DNA of 64,000 nucleotides from Deltaproteobacteria bacterium (GCA_016210005.1 JACQVA010000168.1:9547-73546), one strand, 5' to 3'. Shown: positions 10,092 to 18,084, numbered from the stretch's first letter. The notes: generated by a model from the letters alone, not told the origin. A program made the numbers and translations.

Positions 10092-11195
10092 ATGGGTCGC
10101 GAGCGGGGAGTGCGGGGCGCGTGGCTCGGAGCGCTGCTAGCGGCGGTGACGGCAGCCGCCCCGGCGTTGGCTGAGGTCACCACCGAGCGGCCCGGCTCGA
10201 TCGTGATCTTCCCCAAAATCATCGCCTCTGGCGGACGCGATACCATCATCCAGATTTCCAATGTCTCCAACTCGATGGTGCACGCCCATTGCTTTTACGT
10301 GAATGCGGCGCTGGGGCCGAATCCGGACCCGCTGGGGCAGCCCATACCACGCTGGCAAGAGGTCGACTTCGATATTTGGCTGACCAAACAGCAGCCCACC
10401 CACTGGATTGCCTCGGCCGGCCGGCGGGTGTACCCGCTCGATGATGAATGCACCTTGACCAATGCGGAGTGCAACGATGCCGGGCTCGATCCCGGACGTG
10501 TGCCGCCGTTGCCCCCGGATTTCGTTGGCGAGCTGAAATGCATCGAGGTGGATTCCTCGGGCGCACCAATCAGCGGCAACCACCTCAAGGGCGAGGCCAC
10601 ACTAGTGGTCGTCGCCGGTGGCGCCGACGCCGGTGATGCGAGCAAGTACAGCGCTCTGGCCGTGGTTGGCCTCGATACCAACGACGCCAACAATACCTTG
10701 TGCTTGGGGGGCGGAGTTACGGCGAAATGCCGCAGCGGTGCGGAGTACAACGCCTGCCCGCAGACCACCCTGGTCAACAACTTCGCCACCGGTGCGGATA
10801 ACCCGCAGCTGGGTGTCGATTCCGAGGTGACCACGGAGCTGACCATCGTGCCGTGCACGCAGGATTACGAGAGCCAGACGCCCGCCAGCGTGGTGGTGCA
10901 GTTCGATGTCTTCAACGAATTCGAGGAGCGCTTCTCCGCGAGCACGACCGTCACCTGCTGGGGAAACTTCGAACAGAGCGAAGTCAATTCGGTGGTGTTC
11001 GACGTTGACACGGTCGGAACTCGCTTCCTCCACACGCGCATGGCTCCGGCTACCCGAGACTACCCGGGATTCGTGGCGGTCGTAGAGGAGTTCCACGCGG
11101 TGGCGGGCGTCGGTACCGGGAGAGCAGCGTTCAACCTACACACGATCGGCGAGCGTCCCACGGCCGACGTGATCACCATCCCGGAAGGGCCGTGA
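10092..11195 (+). CDS. Secreted Cys-rich protein, paralog A1 (unknown family)
   Basis: RBS GGGGAAGGAGAG precedes ATG 10092. Signal peptide MGRERGVRGAWLGALLAAVTAAAPALA|EV. Nine Cys in the mature part. Full-length homology to the three downstream genes. Confidence 0.85.
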   Translation: MGRERGVRGAWLGALLAAVTAAAPALAEVTTERPGSIVIFPKIIASGGRDTIIQISNVSNSMVHAHCFYVNAALGPNPDPLGQPIPRWQEVDFDIWLTKQQPTHWIASAGRRVYPLDDECTLTNAECNDAGLDPGRVPPLPPDFVGELKCIEVDSSGAPISGNHLKGEATLVVVAGGADAGDASKYSALAVVGLDTNDANNTLCLGGGVTAKCRSGAEYNACPQTTLVNNFATGADNPQLGVDSEVTTELTIVPCTQDYESQTPASVVVQFDVFNEFEERFSASTTVTCWGNFEQSEVNSVVFDVDTVGTRFLHTRMAPATRDYPGFVAVVEEFHAVAGVGTGRAAFNLHTIGERPTADVITIPEGP

Positions 11196-11211
11196 GCAGG
11201 TGAGGACTCGG

Positions 11212-12534
11212 ATGATGATGAGGAGCCGAAGCATGCGGGTGGGGCGAGTGCTGGCTGCCGCAGCGGCAAGCCTGCTGCTGGCCGGAGTGGTGCGGGCAGA
11301 GATTTCGTCCGATCAGGCCGCCGCCATCGTGCTGCTGCCGAAGCTGACGGTGGATCTCGACAACGGCATTGATACCCTGGTGCGGCTGAGCAATACGTCC
11401 CAAAATCCGTTGACGCTGCACTGCTTCTGGGTTGATGCGACACCGCGCTGCGTTAACGGAACGGGCAACTGCATCGTTGCCATCGGCGCGCCCGATCGCT
11501 GCACTGGGCAGTGCGTTGACGATCGCTGGAATGAAACCGACTTTCGCATCGTGTTGACCGCCCGCCAGCCGATCGGCTGGCGTATCTCCCAAGGAATGCG
11601 GGATTGCAGGGCGACCGCCGACCCAGACCAGCCTTGTTTTCGACTCGACGGGATTACCCAGGTCGGACCGGGAGGCCAGAGCAACAAGGGGAGCAACATT
11701 CTGCCCGTGCCACATGATGAGTTCATCGGTTACCTCCAATGCATCGCAGTGGACGATACCGGCGCCCCGGTGGACCGCAACGATCTCAAGGGGGAAGCGC
11801 TGATCGTGCATTCCGGCCAGATCGGGGTGCCGACGCAGGTGGATGTGGAGGGCTACAACGGGATCGGCTTCCAGGCCATTGCCGGCCGCAACGATCGCGA
11901 CAACACGCTCTGTTTGGGCGGTTGCAGCCCGGGGCAGTGCCGGCTGACCCGCAGCCGGAGTTGCTTCTCGGACGCCGAATGCCCCGCCGGCGAGACCTGC
12001 ACCACCCAATGCGGGCGAAACGACAACTGCCCCAGCACCGGCCCAGAGTACGACGGCTGTCCCAACATCTTGATCCTCGATCATTTTTTTGACGGTGCCG
12101 TTGATCCGATCGCCGAGCTGCCGGTGGTGACCGACCTGACTTTGGTGCCCTGCAGCCAAGATTACCTGCGCCAGAGCCCGACGCCGACTACAGTACAGTT
12201 CTTGGTTTTCAACGAGTTCGAGCAGCGTTTTTCAACCAGCCGGCGGGTGAATTGCTTCAAGGAATTCCAGATTTCCAAGATTGATACAGATTTCAACGCC
12301 AACTCGATCTTCAGTGCGGCGGTGAATGGTACGATGACCGGGCAAACCCGTATCCGGGGGGTCGCCGACAGCGACGACGACCACGGCCATGCCATGGTGG
12401 GGGTTGCCCGGGAATTCCGCTGCGCCGCCGGCAGTCCGCTGGACAATTGCGCGGTGGTGAGCTCGGCATCCTTTAACCTGCATTCCCAAGGGCGGCGGCC
12501 CCAGGCCGACCTGATTTGGCTGCCCCCGGAATGA
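11212..12534 (+). CDS. Secreted Cys-rich protein, paralog B1 (unknown family)
   Basis: Starts 16 nt after the A1 stop; the exact start lies between 11200 and 11233. Signal peptide ...VLAAAAASLLLAGVVRA|EI. 21 Cys. Shares ordered motif blocks with A1/A2/B2. Confidence 0.85.
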   Translation: MMMRSRSMRVGRVLAAAAASLLLAGVVRAEISSDQAAAIVLLPKLTVDLDNGIDTLVRLSNTSQNPLTLHCFWVDATPRCVNGTGNCIVAIGAPDRCTGQCVDDRWNETDFRIVLTARQPIGWRISQGMRDCRATADPDQPCFRLDGITQVGPGGQSNKGSNILPVPHDEFIGYLQCIAVDDTGAPVDRNDLKGEALIVHSGQIGVPTQVDVEGYNGIGFQAIAGRNDRDNTLCLGGCSPGQCRLTRSRSCFSDAECPAGETCTTQCGRNDNCPSTGPEYDGCPNILILDHFFDGAVDPIAELPVVTDLTLVPCSQDYLRQSPTPTTVQFLVFNEFEQRFSTSRRVNCFKEFQISKIDTDFNANSIFSAAVNGTMTGQTRIRGVADSDDDHGHAMVGVAREFRCAAGSPLDNCAVVSSASFNLHSQGRRPQADLIWLPPE

Positions 12535-12572
12535 TTTCTTTGGCGGAGAGGGCTTCAAAGGTCGCTTTTGAC

Positions 12573-12601
12573 TTGACAAGTTGTGACCCCGTCGATATAA
12601 G
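12573..12601 (+). promoter_or_regulatory. Near-consensus sigma70 promoter for paralog unit 2 (TTGACA-17 nt-TATAAG)
   Basis: TTGACA at 12573-12578, a 17-nt spacer, and TATAAG at 12596-12601. It lies about 70 nt upstream of ATG 12671. Confidence 0.65.
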
Positions 12602-12670
12602 GCCGACACCTATTTGGGGGGTTTTGCGCCACGCCCATTTCGGCGCTGAGTGATTGAAAGGAGGAGGGTA

Positions 12671-13810
12671 ATGCGTAGGCAGCAAGAGCGAATCGGGTTC
12701 ATGAGGCGTGCGCTGGCGGTGGCGGGCGCGCTGGCGCTGCTGGCTGGCACAGCTGGAGCCGACGTGACGACCGAACGCAGTGCGTCGATCCTGGTGTTTC
12801 CGAAGGTGATTAGCACCGCCACGAGGGACACCATCGTCCAGATAACCAATACCAACAACTCGATGGTCCACGCGCATTGCATTTACGTCAATGGCGCGCT
12901 GGGACCCAATCCCAACCCGCTGCTGCCGCCCGTGCCGGTGTGGACCGAGCTAGATTTTGATATCTGGCTCACGCGTCAGCAGCCGACCGTCTGGATCGCC
13001 TCGGCAGGCCGCCCGGCCAACCCGACGGACGCACCTTGCGATCCGACCGTCACGGCCTGCTACGGCGCCGGTATTGACCCCGGCTTCGTACCGCCGGTTC
13101 CGGTGGACTTCACGGGTGAGCTGAAATGCATCGAGGTCGACAGTTCGGTGGTCCCGACCGCCGGCAACCACCTCAAGGGCGAGGCGACGCTGGTCGACAC
13201 CGTTACCGGTGACGTTGCCAAGTACAACGGAATCGGAATCCTAGCCGATCCCGACAGACTCAACGACGACAACTTCCTGTGCCTCGGCGGGGCTGAGTCG
13301 GAAAATTGCCCCGACGGCGCCGAATACAACGGATGCCCGAATATCTGGGTGCTCAATCACTTCTCGGAAGGGGCGCTAGACCCGATCGCCGAGAACGCTG
13401 GCGCTGCTGGCAGCAGCTCAGTGAACACCGAGATCACGGTGGTGCCATGCACGGAAGACTTCGAGAACCGGACACCGACAGCAGTTACGCTGCAATTCTT
13501 GGTGACGAACGAGTTCGAGACGACGTTTTCTGCCTCGACCACCGTCACTTGCTGGGGGAACACCACCCTAGAAGACATCAACTCGAGTGCCTTCACGCGC
13601 GCGGCTCTGAACACCGACTTCGCGCAGACGCGAATCCGCGCTGTCGGAGAGGGTGGCGTGCTGCTCGTCGCGGAGGAATTTCACTCCGCTACGATTCCAG
13701 CGGGGGGGGTCGCGCGAACGGCGTCAGCGGCGGTCAACGCGCACGTCGAGGGTGAGCGCGCTGGGCAGGATCTGATTACCCTGCAGCCGGACCTACGCAC
13801 AGAACCGTGA
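12671..13810 (+). CDS. Secreted Cys-rich protein, paralog A2 (unknown family)
   Basis: RBS AAAGGAGGAGGG precedes ATG 12671. Signal peptide ...ALAVAGALALLAGTAGA|DV. Nine Cys at positions equivalent to A1. Confidence 0.85.
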   Translation: MRRQQERIGFMRRALAVAGALALLAGTAGADVTTERSASILVFPKVISTATRDTIVQITNTNNSMVHAHCIYVNGALGPNPNPLLPPVPVWTELDFDIWLTRQQPTVWIASAGRPANPTDAPCDPTVTACYGAGIDPGFVPPVPVDFTGELKCIEVDSSVVPTAGNHLKGEATLVDTVTGDVAKYNGIGILADPDRLNDDNFLCLGGAESENCPDGAEYNGCPNIWVLNHFSEGALDPIAENAGAAGSSSVNTEITVVPCTEDFENRTPTAVTLQFLVTNEFETTFSASTTVTCWGNTTLEDINSSAFTRAALNTDFAQTRIRAVGEGGVLLVAEEFHSATIPAGGVARTASAAVNAHVEGERAGQDLITLQPDLRTEP

Positions 13811-13848
13811 CCGAGCCGACGTCCAGGGGATAGGGAAAGGAGAGGAAT

Positions 13849-15057
13849 ATGCGCAAGGTGAGATGGGAAAGCTGGACGATAGCGGTGGCCCTGCTGGCGA
13901 CCTCGCACGGCGTGCGAGCGGACGTGACCTCGGATCAGGCAGCGGCGATCGTGGTCTGGCCGCTGGTGAGCGTGAGCGACCCCGCTGCCCCAAGTCTTAC
14001 GCCGTATGCTGAAGATACATTGATCCAACTCAGCAACACGAGCAGCAGCCCGGTCGAGGCTCATTGCTTCTACCTGAACGCCAACAGCCATTGCACCAAC
14101 GACGGCAGTATCTGCCAGTACGGCGCTCAGTGCTGCGGCGGCGGCGGCTGTGGTCTCTGCCTGCCGGCGTGGAATGAAACCGACTTCAACATTGTTCTGA
14201 CGCCGCGTCAGCCGATCGCTTGGATCGCATCCGAAGGTCTGTCGGCGTTCTGTACGCCGACGCAAACACCCGGCGAGCGCTGCATTCCGCTAGACGGAAG
14301 AGCGCGGCTGGGTGCAGTGGATTCCTCGGGTCGCCCGACCAGCAATGCGGGAACGAGAATCCTGCCGGTGCCGGAAACGCCCTTTGTCGGCGAGTTGAAG
14401 TGCGTGGCGATCGACTCCGACACCGGTGAGCCGCTCTCTGGGAGCGGCGCTAACGTCCTGAAGGGCGAGGCTACGCTGGAGAACGCCACCGGCACGCGTC
14501 TGGATGTGGGCAAGTACAACGCCATTGGAATCCGCGCGCTGGCAGACCCGGTGGACGACGGCAGAGCCAATGTGCTGACTCTTCAGACCGAAGGCGGCGA
14601 GTACGAAGGCTGCCCCAACGTGCTCATCTTCAACCACTTCTTCGACTTTGCCACCAACCCGGCCAACACCGCTCTCCAGGTTATGACCTGGCCGGTATTC
14701 GTGCCGTGCACGCAGAATCTGCTGCAGCAGATCCCCGGTACCGCAATAGCTCAGTACCTGGTGTTCAACGAGTTCGAGCAGCGGTTCTCAACCAGCAACA
14801 CTGTGCCATGCTTCCGCGCCACCGGGCTGTCCAGCATTGACACCACGCAGCCGGCGAACTCGATCTTCAGCGTGGGAATCGCCGGCTCGTTGGTCGGGCA
14901 GACGCGCGTGACGCCGATCGGGGCTGGGCTGCTGGCAATCCAGCTTGAATCCCACGGCGTTGATCCGGCAACGATGCTCTCCACCGGCCAGCAGGCCGAT
15001 ACCAACGTGCATTACCAGGGCCGGCGCGCGTCGGCAGATGTAATCACGTTGCCGTAG
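13849..15057 (+). CDS. Secreted Cys-rich protein, paralog B2 (unknown family)
   Basis: RBS GGGAAAGGAGAGG precedes ATG 13849. Signal peptide MRKVRWESWTIAVALLATSHGVRA|DV. 13 Cys. B1 is its closest relative. Confidence 0.85.
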   Translation: MRKVRWESWTIAVALLATSHGVRADVTSDQAAAIVVWPLVSVSDPAAPSLTPYAEDTLIQLSNTSSSPVEAHCFYLNANSHCTNDGSICQYGAQCCGGGGCGLCLPAWNETDFNIVLTPRQPIAWIASEGLSAFCTPTQTPGERCIPLDGRARLGAVDSSGRPTSNAGTRILPVPETPFVGELKCVAIDSDTGEPLSGSGANVLKGEATLENATGTRLDVGKYNAIGIRALADPVDDGRANVLTLQTEGGEYEGCPNVLIFNHFFDFATNPANTALQVMTWPVFVPCTQNLLQQIPGTAIAQYLVFNEFEQRFSTSNTVPCFRATGLSSIDTTQPANSIFSVGIAGSLVGQTRVTPIGAGLLAIQLESHGVDPATMLSTGQQADTNVHYQGRRASADVITLP

Positions 15058-15080
15058 CTGCAAAGCCGAAAGTGCTTGCA

Positions 15081-15120
15081 AAAAGGGCGGGGCCCAAAGG
15101 GCCTCGCCCTTTTTGTTTTG
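15081..15120 (+). terminator. Rho-independent terminator closing the paralog array
   Basis: GGGCGGGGCCC-AAA-GGGCCTCGCCC forms an 11-bp GC stem with one G-U pair. It is flanked by AAAA upstream and followed by TTTTTGTTTTG. Confidence 0.8.
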
Positions 15121-15242
15121 TAGCAAGCTTGCACGCGGTGTGGACGCTGGATGTTGTGGCGTAGGACCGGTGAGGTGCGGCGGCCTCTCGATGTTACCTC
15201 GTGGGGGCGCTGAGCTGGGAGCCAGGTAGGCGCGAAGTGCGG

Positions 15243-15271
15243 TTGTCGTTCAGCAACGCGGCGCGTATAAG
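15243..15271 (+). promoter_or_regulatory. Candidate sigma70 promoter (TTGTCG-17 nt-TATAAG)
   Basis: The hexamers have exact 17-nt spacing and lie about 36 nt upstream of the small ORF at 15307. Confidence 0.35.
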
Positions 15272-15306
15272 GCGTGGGGGTGCACGCCGTATGGGCGGGA
15301 GGAACG

Positions 15307-15489
15307 ATGACCAGGGATGAGAAGCTGCGCTTGGCGGTCAGTGTGGCGCGCGCCGCTGCGCACTCGGGTGAGTATCGCCGGCTCGATAAGCTGATCGAGG
15401 TGGTTTTTCGCAAGCTCAACGAGCTCGTGCCCAGTGAGCCGGAGGCTGGATCACACGAGCGCGAGCAGGACAAGGAGTTCAAGCTCTGA
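15307..15489 (+). CDS. Small hypothetical helical protein (60 aa)
   Basis: GGGAGGAACG precedes ATG 15307. Sequence MTRDEKLRLAVSVARAAAHSGEYRRLDKLIEVVFRKLNEL... No recognisable family. Confidence 0.3.
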   Translation: MTRDEKLRLAVSVARAAAHSGEYRRLDKLIEVVFRKLNELVPSEPEAGSHEREQDKEFKL

Positions 15490-15516
15490 GCGGGCGTGGG
15501 GGCGAGTTGAGGCAGG

Positions 15517-15645
15517 ATGACGGAAGGGACGCGCCAGCTAGTGGTAGTATTCGGCCTCGGCATCCCGATTGCCGCGCTGCTGACGTATCTGCATTTTCGG
15601 ATCCTGCGCTATTTGCGTGAGCGCTCGCGAGGCTCAGGTCGGTGA
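15517..15645 (+). CDS. Possible 42-aa single-TM micro-protein
   Basis: Read by eye; it is below the ORF-track cut-off. Sequence MTEGTRQLVVVFGLGIPIAALLTYLHFRILRYLRERSRGSGR, with a hydrophobic core and a basic tail. Speculative. Confidence 0.2.
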   Translation: MTEGTRQLVVVFGLGIPIAALLTYLHFRILRYLRERSRGSGR

Positions 15646-15707
15646 GGCGGTGGTGCTGACTGGTGCAGTAGTCGGCGCCGGCACAATCTCAGATCAAGCA
15701 AGGTAAG

Positions 15708-16715
15708 ATGCCAAAGAAGACAGTGAAATCGAAGGTGGCGCCGGCGCGCAAAAGTGCCCCGGTGCGTAAGAAGGCGCTGGCCCGCAAGGCCGCACCTCCC
15801 AAGCGGGCGGCGGCTGCCGGCCGCAAGCGCGAGCGACCGTTGCGTAAAGCCGCGGTGCGGGAGCCGGCCGCGCGCCAACCCCGCCGCGCGATCTTCATCG
15901 ACGTTGAGAACACCAGCAGCGAGGCCGATCTGATGGGGGTGTTGGACGCTCTCAAGGTGGATCGGCTGGCGGAACCGACCGAGTTGACCGCGGTTGGCAA
16001 CTGGAAGTCTGTGGGGCAGCGTTTGGCGCGCCATCTGGCTGCCATGGGGGTGCAGCTTGTTCACAGTGCCCCGGCTACTGGCGTGCGCGATTGGAGCGAC
16101 CTCTGGATCGCTGTGGCTGCTGGGTGCTGGCTCGGTACCGCGCTGCCCGGCGACAGCCTCGAGGTTGTTTCCGACGACCGTGCCTTTGATGCCGTCGGTG
16201 ATGCCGCAGCGGCTCGAGGCGTGCGTTTTCAACGCGTTTCGTATCGAGCGGCGCCGGCCGCGGCAGAGTCACCGGCGACCGCCGAGGGCCGCCGGCGCCG
16301 CCGCCGGCGTGGTGGCCGCGGACGCCGTGCGGGGGAGACCCACACGCAGCACACAGCCGCGCCGGCGGCAGGCGCGGCTCCAATCCGCACGGTTACGGCC
16401 GCGGTGCCGAATCCGCCTGCGCGTGCGGCGACGGCAGCGGCAACGCGCCCGGAGTCGGCCCACGAAGAAGCCCACGCAGCTCCCCATGCCCAGATTGTTG
16501 CCGTGTTGACGCGGCTGGTTGGTGGAAGCTCGGAGCGTTGGGTGAATTTGGACATCCTGGCCAACGCTTTGAAGGCCGAAGGGTTCACGCGCCCGCCGGG
16601 ATCACCACGCCTGGTGACGAGGCTGCGCCGCATGAAGGACCTCGAAGTCAGCCCGAACGGGATGGTGCGCTTGGCCGGTGCGGCGCCAGGGGCGCAGAGT
16701 GACGCTGCGCCCTGA
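15708..16715 (+). CDS. NYN/LabA-like (PIN-fold) domain protein with Lys/Ala/Pro-rich basic N-tail, poly-Arg linker and C-terminal OST-HTH/LOTUS-like domain
   Basis: NYN-like blocks: AIFIDVEN...AVGNW...GVQLVH...DWSDLWIAVAAG...LEVVSDDRAFDAVGDAAAARGVRF. N-terminus is PKKTVKSKVAPARKSAPVRKKALARKAAPPKRAAAAGRK. C-terminus WVNLDILANALKAEGFTRPPGSPRLVTRLRRMKDLEV is LOTUS-like. Confidence 0.6.
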   Translation: MPKKTVKSKVAPARKSAPVRKKALARKAAPPKRAAAAGRKRERPLRKAAVREPAARQPRRAIFIDVENTSSEADLMGVLDALKVDRLAEPTELTAVGNWKSVGQRLARHLAAMGVQLVHSAPATGVRDWSDLWIAVAAGCWLGTALPGDSLEVVSDDRAFDAVGDAAAARGVRFQRVSYRAAPAAAESPATAEGRRRRRRRGGRGRRAGETHTQHTAAPAAGAAPIRTVTAAVPNPPARAATAAATRPESAHEEAHAAPHAQIVAVLTRLVGGSSERWVNLDILANALKAEGFTRPPGSPRLVTRLRRMKDLEVSPNGMVRLAGAAPGAQSDAAP

Positions 16716-16718
16716 GTG

Positions 16719-18023
16719 CTACTCGGCTTGCTTGCGCAGGAACGCCGGAATGTCGTAGGCGGCGTCGTCCTCTTCGGAGATCGTGAAACCCTGCACCTGC
16801 TCGACCCGTTGGTCCATGCGGTCGAGCGACTTAGGTCGCTGCCAGGTCGGCGACTCGGTGTCATCTATGATCGTGCCCATACGCACGATTCGACGCGGAG
16901 CCGCAGTCGTGGCTGGTGGCGGCGGCGACGGCCGGAGAGTTGCCGGCCGCGGTTCGGCTGGCGGCGGTGGGCTGGCGTCGTGCTGCGGCTGCGGCTCGCG
17001 GAGGCCGTTGCCGTTGGTGGGTGGCAGTGCGCTCAGTGGCGGCTGGCGCAGCTCAACGCCAGCCTCGCCAAACCCAGTGGCGATTACGGTGATGCGGATC
17101 TCATCGCCCATGCGTTCGTCAATCACCGCGCCGAAGATGATGTTAGCGTCGGCGTGCGCCTCCTCCTGGATGAGCGAGGCGGCGTCGTTGACTTCGTGCA
17201 GCGACAGGTTGGGGCTGCCGGTGATGTTGATCAGCACGCCGCGAGCGCCGTGAATCGAAATATCCTCGAGTAGCGGGCTGGCAATCGCCTTCTGCGCCGC
17301 CTCGATCGCCCGGTTCTCGCCGGTGGCGATGCCGCAACCCATCATCGCCATACCCATCTCGGACATGATCGCGCGCACGTCGGCGAAGTCGAGGTTGATG
17401 AGCCCGTGTACGGTGATGAGGTCGGAGATGCCCCGGACCGCTTGCAGCAGGATGTCGTCGGCCTTCTTGAAGGTATCCAGCAGTGAGGTGTTGCGGCCGG
17501 CGACGGCGAGCAGCCGCTGGTTGGGGATGGCGATGAGCGTATCGACCGCATCGCGCAGCTGCTTGATGCCGTCGTCCGCCTGTCGCATGCGCTTCTTGCC
17601 TTCGAACTGAAAGGGTTTGGTTACAACACCTACTGTGAGTATACCCAACTCCTTGGCCACGCGCGCTACCACCGGGGCGCCGCCGGTGCCGGTGCCCCCG
17701 CCCATGCCGGCAGTGATGAACACCATGTCGGCGCCGGCCAGAGTCTCGCGCAGGCGCTCGGCGTCCTCCAGTGCGGCTTCGCGGCCAACGTCCGGGTTGG
17801 CGCCGGCACCCAGCCCTTTGGTGAGGCGCTCGCCCAGCTGGAGCTTGGTCGGGGCCAAGCTCGCCCGCAGCGCTTGCATGTCGGTGTTAGCCGCAATGAA
17901 CTCGATCCCGGGCAGTGACGAGGCGATCATGGTATTGACCGCGTTGCCGCCACCACCGCCGATGCCCACCACCTTGATCGCCGCCCCCACCGCTTCCTTG
18001 CCCGCCAGCTCAATCATCGTCAT
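16719..18023 (-). CDS. ftsZ: Cell division GTPase FtsZ
   Basis: Contains [11 protein letters not shown], the tubulin signature [16 protein letters not shown], a Pro-rich linker and the C-terminal peptide DIPAFLRKQ. Start set at ATG 18023 (MTMIEL), preceded by AAGGAGG. The 116 codons upstream in the ORF track are artefact. Confidence 0.97.
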   Translation of the reverse strand: MTMIELAGKEAVGAAIKVVGIGGGGGNAVNTMIASSLPGIEFIAANTDMQALRASLAPTKLQLGERLTKGLGAGANPDVGREAALEDAERLRETLAGADMVFITAGMGGGTGTGGAPVVARVAKELGILTVGVVTKPFQFEGKKRMRQADDGIKQLRDAVDTLIAIPNQRLLAVAGRNTSLLDTFKKADDILLQAVRGISDLITVHGLINLDFADVRAIMSEMGMAMMGCGIATGENRAIEAAQKAIASPLLEDISIHGARGVLINITGSPNLSLHEVNDAASLIQEEAHADANIIFGAVIDERMGDEIRITVIATGFGEAGVELRQPPLSALPPTNGNGLREPQPQHDASPPPPAEPRPATLRPSPPPPATTAAPRRIVRMGTIIDDTESPTWQRPKSLDRMDQRVEQVQGFTISEEDDAAYDIPAFLRKQAE

Positions 18024-18084
18024 CCTCCTTCTCCCCGCGGATCCCACTACCACAACCGACCCGCCACAATAAGTTGGTTCTTCG

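Noticed and set aside
10092-15057. Paralogs as c-type cytochromes, lipoproteins, Tat substrates or outer-membrane beta-barrels
   Set aside because: There is no CXXCH; the closest matches are CTGQC and CGLCL, which lack the His. No lipobox Cys sits at the signal-peptide end. Only A2 has an RR, and it is not in a Tat-like context. The C-termini end in Pro/Glu and not in an aromatic OMP signature.
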